Shown here: positions 42,563-57,084 of the stretch, piece after piece | How positions within the stretch are numbered: position 1 is the first letter of the stretch | Layout of the letters: every line of letters begins with the position of its first letter | Assembly (NCBI RefSeq): GCF_009914755.1 | Contig: NC_060935.1 | Length of the DNA stretch: 64,000 bases | Origin: the human T2T-CHM13v2.0 reference genome, Homo sapiens | Direction: 5' to 3' (one strand) | Notes under the pieces: generated by a model | Told to the model about the DNA's origin: nothing | What the model saw: the letters and a program-made list of their open reading frames with translations, nothing else | Databases searched by the model: none | Program-made: the position numbers and the translations under genes

Positions 42563-43189
42563 ACCAGGTACCTAAATTGGAAATGCAGAAATCACTGGTC
42601 TTCTGCGTCATTCACACTGGGAGCTGCAGACTGGATCTGTTCTTGTTTGCGCATATGACTTATTTTCCTCCAGGTAGATACCCAGTAGTGGGATTGTGGG
42701 ATCAAATGGTAGTTCTACTTTAGGTCTTTAAGGAATCTCCACACTGTTTTCCATAGTGATTGTACTAGTTTACATTCCCACCAGCAGTGTAGAAGTGTTC
42801 CCTGTTCACCACATCCAAGCCAACATCTATTTTTTCTAAATTTTTTGATTATGGCCATTCTTTCAGGAGTAAGGTGGTATCACATTGCGGTTTTGATTTG
42901 TAGTTTCTGATCATCAGTGATGCTGAGCAATTTTTCATATGTTTCTTGGCCATTTGTGTATCTTTTGAGAACTGTCTATTCTTGTCCTTAGCCCAGTTTT
43001 TGATAGGATTGTTTTTCTTGTAAATTTTTTTGAATGTATTGTTTGTATTTTTAATAATTACAATTATTTCTGTAAACATTATATTAAAATGCAAGAGTAC
43101 CATGTCACTTCTCTGTACCAACTTATAATGGAATATCACCATCACAAACTGCAGGTAAGGAAGTGTAGACAAACTTGTTGGCATAAGAC

Positions 43190-43600
43190 CTATATTTATG
43201 CACTACTTATCATATGCCAAATATTGTATATCACTTTGTATAAGTTATTTTGCCCATATAATTATGCACCTTACAGGTGGGTTACAGAGAGCTGAAGAAA
43301 TCTGCCTAAGGGTACAAACAAAAAAATCAACAAAGGCCAGACTGAAAGTCAGATCCAAAGTATATCAGTCAAATCCAAAGTATATTGACGCTTTTTCCAC
43401 TACATCACACTGCTTGGAACATTCTTATGTTATTTTGTTAATACACCCAACTTTTATCAGCTTATTATTAATAACTTCTTTTACAGACAAGAAAGCAGAG
43501 GCACAGAGAGAAGAAATGATTCCTCTAAGATTATACCACTACAAAGAAGTAGAACAGATTTAAATACAGATGTTTGACTCCAAAAACTGATGCCCTTAAA
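43190..43600 (-). mobile_element. Two MIR fragments
   Basis: ATTTATGCACTACTTATCATATGCCAA...; TTTTACAGACAAGAAAGCAGAGGCACAGAGAG...TTTGACTCCAAA. Confidence 0.6.
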
Positions 43601-45127
43601 ACTACTGAAGTTATTCACTATTGGTACAATTTATTTAGAGCATCATCCTTAGCAAATTTGAGACTATATGACTTGACCAATTCATGTAACCTCTGACTGT
43701 TCATTTCCTCCCCTTCCCTACTTTTTAAATCAGGCTATTGGTAAGATTATGAGAAAGAAAGTATGAAAATTTGCTTATAAATAGAGAAGCAGTGTATGTA
43801 GCTATATGTTGGAGTTGCTCTACTTTAAACAAACACACGCAGAGTGGTTCAAGAGGTAAGTGTTGTGTCATTATTTAAGGCTTAATTTTGTTTAGCATTA
43901 TCTTGATATGAGCTTTTTATAAAACTTACTAAATTATTCTCTACCTGTGTCTATCTCCTTTATAAAACATCTTTATTCAAAGTTTGCCAATTAATAAAAT
44001 TTGGGGAGGGAACACAGTCTAACAAGTAAAAAAATGAAACACATTTTTTTTAAGAAATGTAATTTTCTTGCTACTCCACATATTGAAAGTAAACTATTGA
44101 TAAGTTAAACTCCAGTCTGGACTCTTTTAATTTATAGGACACGTCGCCTGGTGTTACTAATCCTTATCTGGAAAGAAGCAGTTTATACAATCTCGTTTTT
44201 GAAATGCATAAAATGCTATGCAAGGTTTGCTTCATTATTATACCATATAAAATGCTGAAGTATATATTTTCCTCATATTTAATGTATAGGTAACTTTCAC
44301 AACAGATTGGGCCCAAAATTGCAAATTATATATTAGTAGCCTCTGAATTAATTAGGTTTAGATGTCTGTGTTTTATAAAGGTAAAGACTGAGGTAACACT
44401 CTGAAGAAGAGAGGTCATTAAATTATTGCTTTCTTCTTAACTAATAAAGACAGTAAATTTCAATATTTTCTGGTTATATGACAAAGATGCAAGTATTTTA
44501 TTTAAAAAGAAACTTTCTTTGCTTTCTTAGATCCTTATACTATGCCCAGTGAAAGTTGTTGAGTAGGCACCAACCACCAATCCCATTTTTCCAACTAGCG
44601 AGTTGGAATCTCGCACTGATCTTTTGTAAGGTGGCTTCCATTTGCTCCCCACTCACTGTTGTGGAAAACTTCCTCTTCCCTCAACAACGGCCTCTCTCAG
44701 AGGCTATTCCAAATTAGAGTATGGTATTTTGTAAGGTGGATTCAATGAACGGGGCTTGTGATGCTCTCCCAATTCTTAAAATAGATAGCTTTTAAAAAGT
44801 CATTTTCTGGAGGCCAAAGCTATAGGATTAATCTCTCCTGAAATCCATAAGAAGTAGAATCAGAAACATATCAATTTAGGAAGTAACACTTCTTTGTCCA
44901 TAATACAAACTTCACAACATATACAAAATTTTTAAGTAAAATCAGAAAACTTTCTTTCCTTGCTCCTCAAACACTAATATTGAATGCCTATACCCACTCT
45001 CCCATTACTCGGTAGGCATTTTTATTTAAGCAGAGGTACAGAGAAAATCAAGTTTCCAAATAGGTTCAGGAGTCATTTCATTAATAAAAATCAAGGACCC
45101 AAAATAATTGTTCTCTAATGTCTTTTG

Positions 45128-45158
<31 letters not shown>

Positions 45159-45199
45159 TGTAACAGGCAACAGTCTATTTTAAAATAAATAAAATCAAA

Positions 45200-45400
45200 C
45201 ATATTTTTAGAACACTTACTTTTCACAACAGTTTTTGGATATGTCTAATTTAATCTTCTCAATAACCATGTAAAAATAAGACATAGTTATTACCCTCATT
45301 TTTCAGATACAGCAGGATAAATAATGGGTCACAGTCACAGAGTCAGGAAGTGGTAGAGCCACTAGATAGAAGCTGCCTTTAAAGTTCTAGATTCAGGATT
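45200..45400 (-). mobile_element. MIR SINE
   Basis: TTTAATCTTCTCAATAACCATG...TTATTACCCTCATTTTTCAGAT...GTCACAG...AGTGGTAGAGCC. Confidence 0.6.
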
Positions 45401-47160
45401 GTGGCCACTTACGCTAATTAAAAAATCACTTACTACTCTGGGATTCGGTGCAGTTCAAATATGGAGAAAAAGAAACAAAAACAAGATAAATACCTCTGGG
45501 AGGGAGCAATATTTTCCTACCCCAGGGCAATGGCAGGCCTTCATTAAATTCTCTCATGTGTCTGTGCTTGGACAGCTAAGACGATCCCACAAATTCTGCC
45601 TCCTAGGGCAAAGAGAATAAGCCTGCAGGATGCAGTATTGATAGCAGAGACCTGAAACTTCTATACTAGAGGGAAATATGGGTTAAAGCATTAAGGGCTA
45701 TGTAAAGATCAAGAAGTCTGATATCTATTCTTCTGATATATTGAAAGTAAGGTGACCTCCACCAAACCCTATATCAGAAATAAATGTAAGTACAGTTGGG
45801 TAGAAATGGATATACACATTTATTAAGGACTGCCTAAACTATATTAGTGATAAGACTGTAATAGCACTCTTCTTAAATTTGGAGGCTAGGATAGGGACCT
45901 TATAAAAATATATATATTGGAAGACATACAACTTTTCTTTAGAAAACTGTACACGTGCATTTTAACAAACACTATTTCCTAGAGTCCTGAAGTATTTATA
46001 GATTTTCCTCTGTCAACTTAAATATATCCATGGACTACACAAACTTGAAATTAGGAGCCACTGACCTATAGTCTGATAATCAATGAATCTAAGCTAGGTC
46101 CTCAGAACAAGAAGGCAGACATTTAGGCAGCATGATGTTAAAACCATAAGCCAATTAATTTAATTTCATTAAAAATCAGTTAATTCAGTGAGGGAAAAAG
46201 ATCTACAGTTTATTTGGTTAAAAAAAATCAACATTTAAATTTGTTCATGTCTCTAGCCATAGTTTTATCCCTTTTTCTTCATTTTCCTCATAGTCAATTG
46301 GTCAGAAGTTAAACGACTACACTTATATTTAACCTGTTTCCTGCCCTATCTTACCCAGTACACTATACTTCTTGAACTACTAGAGACTGAATCAAAGGCA
46401 GGACAGAGAACAGTAACACAGGAGATTCTGTGACATCAAATGGTTTCACAAATAAATCACTCACGTTAATGGACTAACAGAGTTCTATCTTTGCTCACAA
46501 TTTAAACCTCTCTGTATCTAGAGCAGTAGCTGCTACTTCAGTGTGTATTCAATAACTGTCAATGAACACCATGTTGGCTCCAAGATTCCTCCAAAAGGTG
46601 GGCACTTTCAGGATCCTCCTTTGCTGATTGCTTCAACATAGCTCCAGGGTGTAGCAAAATATGTCTTTGCAATTTGCATTTCTCTAATTAGTGAGTTTTC
46701 ACATTTAGCTACCTCAATAGCAACCAGCTGCCACTTGTGTTTCCTGTATGTATGACACCTCATGACACCACCGAGTCTTCTCTCTGAATCCTCAATTAGC
46801 GAAAAAGCCTGCATCTTTGTTAGCCTGTGGGGGGATAGATATGCATATCTTCTTTTTTTGCTTTCCCTTAGATAAACTTGGAATTAATTTCCAAAGTGGG
46901 AAAAGAAAAAAAAAAAAGACATATGAGAACTGTTATTTCCTAATTCCTCCAACCCAAGATGGAAGGAATCAGGTAGTCCAATGTGGTGTGCTGAAGATAT
47001 TTTGGATAAAAAGCAGAAATGAATAGAACCAGGAATAGCTTTAAAATGAATCATCAGTAGAGAGCATGAGGGTATTGCTGTAAACTTTGGTAAATACAAA
47101 GCATGTGTTTTGGTCAAGGCCAGTATCACTTTGTCTCACTCTGATTTTCTCCCAAAATGC

Positions 47161-47187
47161 AAAAAAAAAAAAAAAAAAAAAAAAAAA
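47161..47187. repeat. A27 homopolymer
   Basis: 27 consecutive A with no adjacent Alu or L1 body. Confidence 0.95.
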
Positions 47188-47994
47188 GTGATTATCTTGC
47201 AATTATGGTGAAAAACATCAGGGAATAATACCTATGTAGATCACGAAAAAACCATGAGTGATGATGTATTCCTCACGCCTGACTTTCTTATACTCTAGCA
47301 TGACATTTCAGATCAAAATCTAAAGTTTTTATAAGTAGTGCATATACTGCTGGATTCAATTTTACTCAGCTGGGTACAATGACTTCAGATACAAATAAGC
47401 AAGCACTGGGAAAAGCTTCCGATGGCTGTTAAATTAAATCTAAATTTAATTCATTTAATTAAAGGAAGTATCATATGGAAACACCATCTTTGTTTCCCCT
47501 ACCATGAAAAACCAGTGACATCATGAATATTAACAATGCCAGGGGCTTAAGATATTATTTTATATATTATTTATTATAGTTCTTATATTATGGAAACAGT
47601 GTCTAAGTCAAATAACTTGATTTTTGAAATGACAGATTATATAAGAAGCAAATGTGATGTAAACATCATCCAGCCTCCATTCAACAAGTTTTAGTATTTA
47701 GTATGTACACAGTACTATGCTACATGCTGAAGAAATAGAAATAAGACATAGAACTTCACAAAGAGTTTAAGGGAGGAGACAGACTTGTAACAAAGAATTA
47801 GCAAAAGTCTACAAGATTATTATTTATTTCAATGTTATAGACAAGAAAAGTGGAGTTTGAGAGGTCACACAACAGGAGAGTAAACATTCAGATTTGTCTT
47901 ACTTCAGAATCTTTTTTTTTTAACCTGTTCTTTAGAAGTGCAGGAGTTTTATGATAAAATGTTTGAGAAAAAAAGACAGAGAGAGAGAACATGT

Positions 47995-47997
<3 letters not shown>

Positions 47998-48039
<42 letters not shown>

Positions 48040-48040
48040 T
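47998..48040. repeat. (GT)n microsatellite
   Basis: About 16 uninterrupted GT units followed by GGTGTGTGT. Confidence 0.95.
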
Positions 48041-48959
48041 CTGATGAGCAGCAGTGGGAGGGAATTACAGAATTACAGCATTTTAAACCAGCTTTTCATA
48101 ATCCCACTATAGTGAGCTTTCCAATAACCTCTATTAGAAAGTAAATACCGGAAGCAAGCATTTGCTCCACCAACACTGACCTCTAACCAGAACCATTTGC
48201 AAAGGTACAAATAAAATCATATAAGTCAGTGCTCATTACCTTGAGCATGATTGTGTGTATGTGTGTGTGAGGGGGTGTGTGTGTGAGGGGGTGTGCGTGT
48301 GTATGTACGTGCCTGAGCATGCATGTGTATGAGAAGTTTTTATTGATCCTATATAGGCTACAAACAGGCAAAGAACTCATCTGTTAAAAGCTTTTAAAAG
48401 CTTGTTCTATCTCATCTCACCTAGCTGTTCATCCTAAGAACTACAATTTTGACAGGAGAATATAAGCAGCCATTAGCAGCACAGCCTATCCTTTTATAAT
48501 TTGGGGTATGTACCATTCTGGGATGGTCAGAGACATTCTGCAGTTTCAACTGATGTTGTAGAATGAACTCTGTTCATGAGTAGAGAGATGTCATTTTTAT
48601 AAACCCAGAATGGTGGGAAGAGTGTGGTGGGCTAACCAGAGAATTGGATATGTAATGGGATGGATATTTAGTAAGGGTAGGACTTGTCCCTACAGAGACA
48701 GTCCAAATTATATTTCTTTATCCAAAGTAGGGAGCTATTCATAATCAAGGAGAATAATCTAAATTCAGCCATAACATTTTAAGGAAGTAAACTGATATGT
48801 TAACTGTCTATGATATTTTTCTCAACAGGGTATCTGACTTGAGGATTTTTCAAGCTCCTATAGCACATAGTTTCACTTAATAATGAGAATTGAAACAAAA
48901 ATGTTTAATAATATTTTAATTTACATGTTTTTGAAGTTGTCATTTTCCAAGGATCTCTG

Positions 48960-50895
48960 TGATCATGAATTTTGGGGAGATGCTATTCAATCCAGACAGT
49001 ATACCCTCTGCACCCCATCAATTCATCCACATCCCATCTGTAAAATACATTAATCCCATCCCAACATACTCAGTTAAACCCACTAAAACATTAACTCTAA
49101 GTCCAAAATCTCAATTATCAACTCAGAGTTTCAAAATCTCATCTAAGTCATCCAACACATGTAGGGATGAAACCCTGGGTCTGATCTACCCTGGGATAAA
49201 ATTTTTCTCTACCTGTGGACCTGTGAAATTGAAAAACAAGTTCTCTATTTCCAAAATACAGTGGTGGAAGAGACATGGATGCCATTTACATAATAAAAGC
49301 AAGAAAATAAAAGGAATAAAGGAGTCACTAGTATTAAAGTAAGTCCAAAACCCAGCAAGAAAATTTTCATTAGGTTTCAAGACCTAAGAACAATCTCTGT
49401 GGCTTCATGATCTGTCCTGGGGACCAGGGCAGCAGTCCCACCTTCTATCACTGAGGTGGCAGTTTTACCCTCTAAGACTTGCAAGGCAGTGGCAACCCTG
49501 CCTTCTGAATAGCCCATTCTATGTTTGCAGATCCTGAAAGTCTGATAATCCTCCTTCATATTTCCCTATTTCCAATCTGTTATCTTCAAGGTAGGTTTGT
49601 TTCTGCCGTTATTCTCAAAATCCTTTCCAGCCTTCTGGGAATGTAAAAGTGATCCACACCATTACACATGAGGGCTCTCCAGAGATCCTTTCTATGTAGC
49701 CCCATCTCTATTCCTGACTTTTACTGGTATTGGTCATTGACTCTATAATCACATGCCTAATGTCTTCAGGAAAATATTGTACAGCCATACACTTAGTGTT
49801 ATCTCCAGAAAGTGTGCAACTTTTACAATATGGATAGGCTGAAGATTTTCCAAATCATCAAACCTTTTCTTCCCTGTGACATACCCTACCTAAATTTATC
49901 TCTTTTCTCTCACATTTTACTGTAAGTAGCAAAGAGAAACCAGACAACACCCTCCCTAATTGGCTTGGAAATCTCCTCAGATAAATATCCAGATTCCTCA
50001 CTTATAAGTCTGACTTTCCATTCAACAGTATAACACAATTAAGCCAACATTTTTGCCACTTTATAACATCATTGCCTTTACTCCAGTTTCCAGTTTCCAA
50101 TATCATGTTTCTCATTGCTCATTTTCTTGTGTGACCTCACCAGAAGCATCTTTGATGTTCATATTTCCACCAACTTTCTGTTCGTGGTACATGTATCCTC
50201 TAAAGTGATAGAAAATTCTTCTAATGTGCTCCTCACAGCTATCTCAGTTCTCATCAGAATCATATTTAACATCTTTAAACATTTTTAATCATCTTTAACA
50301 ATATCTACCAGCCATTTATCTAAGGAATCTGGGCTTTTTCTATCAAGTACTTTAGCCTCTGCCCAATTCTAAAGCCATTTCACATTTTTAGGTAGTTGAT
50401 ACAGCAGCTCCTGCTTCTCAGTATCAAAATCTATATTAGTTTCTCAAACTGTTGTAACAGAGTTTCACAAACTGAGTGGCCAAAATAACAAGTGTATTCT
50501 GCTCCAGTCCCAGAAATAAGAAGTCAGAAATCAAGGTGTTGGTAAGGCCATACTTTCTCTGAAAACTCTAAGGGAGGTTCCTTCCTTTTCTCTCCTATCT
50601 TCTGGTGGTTGCCGGAAATCCTTGGCTTCCTTGGCTTATACCTGCATGATTCAAATTTCTGCCCCCATCTTCACATGGTCATATTTCCTCTGTGAGTGTT
50701 TGTGTTTCTTCACACAGCCTCTTAATAAGAATACTAGTCATTAGATCTAGCATTCGTCCTAATGAAGTATGACTTCATCTTACTTAACTAATTACATTTG
50801 CAAAGACCTTATTTCCAATTAAGATCAATTATGAGAGAGTGGGGTGGACATATTTTTTTTCTTTTGGGTAGTGATGAACTGTTCAACTCAGTACA
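48960..50895 (-). mobile_element. MLT1C-like MaLR provirus: 5' LTR (50432-50895), internal region and stub of 3' LTR (about 48960-48999)
   Basis: LTR reverse complement TATATTAGTTTC...GAAATCAAGGTGTTGG...TTTGCAAAGACCTTATTTCCAA...GTTCAACTCAGTACA; MLT1-internal-like CTAAGTCCAAAATCTCA, CTGTGGACCTGTGAAA; LTR start CATGAATTTTGGGGAGATGCTATTCAATCC at left. Confidence 0.75.
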
Positions 50896-50899
50896 CAGG

Positions 50900-53290
<2,391 letters not shown>

Positions 53291-55134
53291 ATTAGAATGA
53301 GAAAGCTTTAGTCATGTAGAATTTTGTAAAATGTTCATAGGTTAAAGGCCACATTTGCCATAAAGAGTAATCTTCGATGATTCTGTTTTAGAGTAAAACT
53401 CTAAGTCTGTTAAAATAATTGCTCTTATAGTCTATGCTGTACATTGAATATTTAATATATTTGTTCTGTAGTAATTTTCCCACTTCCTTTTCTGATCAAT
53501 TTATCTATTTTTCTTAGAATGTGCTAAATCTCTCAAGTTGGCCTAATTTACAAATTTCCTGTACTATTTACACTATTCTAAGAGAAAGTCAAGCTGCTAA
53601 TTAAGTTGGATCTAATACAAGTCTCATGACACCAACCCACTCACCCCAACAAGGTACATTTATATTCTTTTTATTGTTAGTCTTTGATCAATTTGCTCTC
53701 TGACATCTCTCTATGAAAATGACTTTATTTTTAGAAAATAGGAGCATAGAAAATGTCTCTATTGATTAGTACATAGAAAGATGAATAGGCATCTTTTGAA
53801 AATTTCAAAATTAATTCCCAGCCTGTCTCCAGTCCTCTCAAATCATATTAGTTTTAGTGCATTTAGTAGATAATTTGTATTTTACCATCAATATTTTAGA
53901 AATATGAGATTGGATGGGAATTTAAGGTTTTAGCTGTATGTGACATCCAGGAACATAATTTAAAATTGGTTCTTTTTGAGAAAAGACATTTATCCTAATT
54001 CTTTGTGACCCATTTTTTTTCTCCCATGGAAAAGAATGACCTGTGCATACTTTGAACGGCATCAGAAAACCTTCCAGTCCCACTCTGCCCTCCCATCTAT
54101 GACTCATTTCTAGTAGATTAGATTAGTGGGGAGTGGTAGTGGTAATGAAATTAGACTACTAATACTCCAAACCCAACCTATGGAGTCATGTGATATAAAG
54201 TGTGGATCAACAGAATTCAGCAAATAGGGATTACAATGTGATATCCACCTTATAATCTAAAGTTCAGGTTTCCTAATAAAGCTGTATTGGATAATACTGC
54301 AATTCCTTCCTCACTGAATTGAATCTATCAATCTATCCATCTAATCAAATGCAGTACAACTGCAGAAGTGAAACTTCTCTAATACAGTCTGTGTCTGGTG
54401 CAAGGTGGGTAGGGATACTGATGGCCAACTGTAATAAGCAGGAATAGGAAAAATGAATTTACTCCAAATCAGTGCCAATAGATCCAAGACAGAAATAGCA
54501 AGATCTGAAAGGCCAGGACACAGTTTACCTCTGCTCCAATTTCATCAATCAGAAATATCATTCTTCCTTCATGAATGGGAGAAATTTAATGAAAATAGAA
54601 GAAGACTGGAGGTGTCTTCCAATACTATTTCCTTCTTGGTGGTGAGGAAGGAAATTCTCACATCCATCTACTTCCTTGGAAAAAACTGTATGTTAATCAG
54701 GGGGTCCCTCCTTTTCCCCAACAACTGAACAGTCTACTGGACAGGCACTGGTCAACTCTTTGGTCAATGGTGTCTGCCTCATTCCAGTGCCTTAAAGTGC
54801 AGACTGTTATATAGTTATGTGTCTGGTAAACTATGGAATCTTTCCTGTCTCTCTAACAATCAGAATCTTCTTTCTTGCTCTACTGATTTTGGAATCTCTC
54901 CCTTTATCTGATATCAAGATATTAACTCTCTTGGTCTCTGTCTCTCACTTACTTTTTATTTTCTCTCCTGCCTCAGCTTCACACCACTTTTCCAGGGACA
55001 CATTTCAGTTAATTCTTACCCCAGGTAAGACCTCTGGGACTTCAACGCCAATCCAGAGCCTGATCATGCTTATCCAGGAGAGAAGAAGGAAAATGAGTTT
55101 CATCGAGATTCAAATTCAAATTGTTTATTTTTTC

Positions 55135-57034
55135 CTAAGATGGCAGATTGGAAGCAGTATTAGCATGCCTCTCTCATTTAAAAAGACAAAATAGCGTGTA
55201 GAGATTCACACTGCTTTTTTTTTTTTTTTTTTTAAAGAAGCAATGCAGGGATTTAACAGGAAAGCTGAAAGAATCCAAAGACCCTTTGAAAGAAGCAGTG
55301 GGCAGCAGCCTACACCATGAGCCAGGCAAAAAACTGTAAGTCCTCAGAGTGTGAGTTGGGAGAGACTGCCTCCAGGATATACACCTCTCCATTGGGGAAC
55401 CTAGAAATCCAAGTCACAGGGGAAGGCCCTTAATCTTACCCAGTGCTGGCAATGATATAGGCAGTGGTGAGGAATATAAAAGGAGAAACAGCAGTGAGAA
55501 GAGCCTTGTGTGCATTCCCAGTCTCCAGCATGGATCAAGGGAAGCCATTTCTTATTCTGTGTCACAGGGGACTTCACAGAATTCTACCAACTAACTCAGG
55601 CAGTGGTCATAGGTTAAAAGAAACTCCCACCTGAATTTTGCAATATGACCTCAAGGGGGGATGAAGTCCCTTGGCCAGAACTGAATCAGGGGTAGTGTGA
55701 GTGGAAGTGTGCTGCAGCCATGAGTGCAAGAGCTGGGGTGCCCCAGCTTTGTGGTTAGACTGGGAGGGGTGTGGCCTGAAAGCTGGGATAGCTACTTCCC
55801 TGAGGAAGGCTTATGGCCTGAGGCAGTTTTGAGTTCTAATCGAAAATGACCTGGAACTTAACTCACTGCTGCTAGCAGAATACTGCAGATGTGAGATCTG
55901 CCTTACCAAGTATCTGGGAGCTGGTTGGGGGTTACCGGCACCTGCTACTTTCCACTCCCTCTGCAACATTTTCTCTGCAGCAGAAGCCAGAGAAACACCT
56001 CTCAACTCCCAGAGGGGACACTGCTTGACCCACATGTTGGGAGCCAGAGGACAGATCTGCCTCACCCAGCCCCCACCTGGGTTTGTTCCTCTGCCTCCCC
56101 TAGTAGCTCAACACAAAGGACAGAAACTTTTGGGAGCTTTATGGCCCTGCCCATCACCTGAGAAACAAGAGTATCTCCCCTGGATAACATAAGGCAAGTA
56201 TGTATCCTACCATTACTACTGCAGCTGGTATTTTTCCAGCTGCAGTAGGAAGGTGCAAGTACCACCTCTTGGCTAGAGGTCAACCGACACAGTCCATTAC
56301 AGCATCTCCAGGTAAAATAACGTAGCACTCAGGAAGGATAAAAATTGTGTATGGCCTTGGTTATTACCATTGCCCACCCTACCCTGGCTAATGAGAAGGT
56401 CTGAAGTCTGTCCACACGACTAGTTCATTACTATCACAACCAGCATTTGAGAAAGCCAACACACCAAAGCTATCCCTAATTAAGGAATCTCAGAGTCTGT
56501 ATCACTCCCCTGCCACACCCATCAGAGCTGCTGCTGGGAGACTTGGTGACAATCTACATCAGTGGATCCCTTGCAGACATTCCCCAGCACCAACCTGGAG
56601 TGTGGTAACCCCACTGGGCAGCTAGACCCAGAGGAGCAGCAGTATTCACAGTAGCTTGGTTCTCAGGGATCCCTACTCCTAGAGGAAGGAGAGTGCACCA
56701 CATCAAGAGAACACCCTATAGGATGAAAGAATCCAGATGGCAGTCCTTGAGTCCCAAATCTTTCAGCTGGTGGGAAGTTTCTTTCAACAGAGGCACAGGT
56801 GTAGTACAGAGTTCAGCAAGGAGAATCTGCAGCTCTACCGCAAGAGTCAGGCAGCGCTGGTGCTTGTCAAGGGTCTTGGAGAAGGTGACTTATTTTGCCT
56901 TTCATCCACCACTACAGACACAGCTGGGGCTTCTCTCACAGGAAGCAGATAGATAGATAAGCATATATATGCATATACAGATATAAATATATATAAGCAT
57001 ATATATAAGCATATATAGATATAAATATATATAA

Positions 57035-57084
<50 letters not shown>

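Noticed and set aside
43198-43563. 121-aa ORF
   Set aside because: It overlaps antisense MIR fragments (FTDKKAEAQRE is typical MIR translation).
46650-46710. Octamer ATTTGCAT plus TAATTA as an enhancer
   Set aside because: The context AATTTGCATTTCTCTAATTAGTGAG resembles an antisense old L1 fragment, where this motif is ubiquitous.
47161-47187. A27 as a solo poly(A) retro-insertion or processed pseudogene tail
   Set aside because: No flanking TSD and no upstream mRNA-like body or poly(A) signal.
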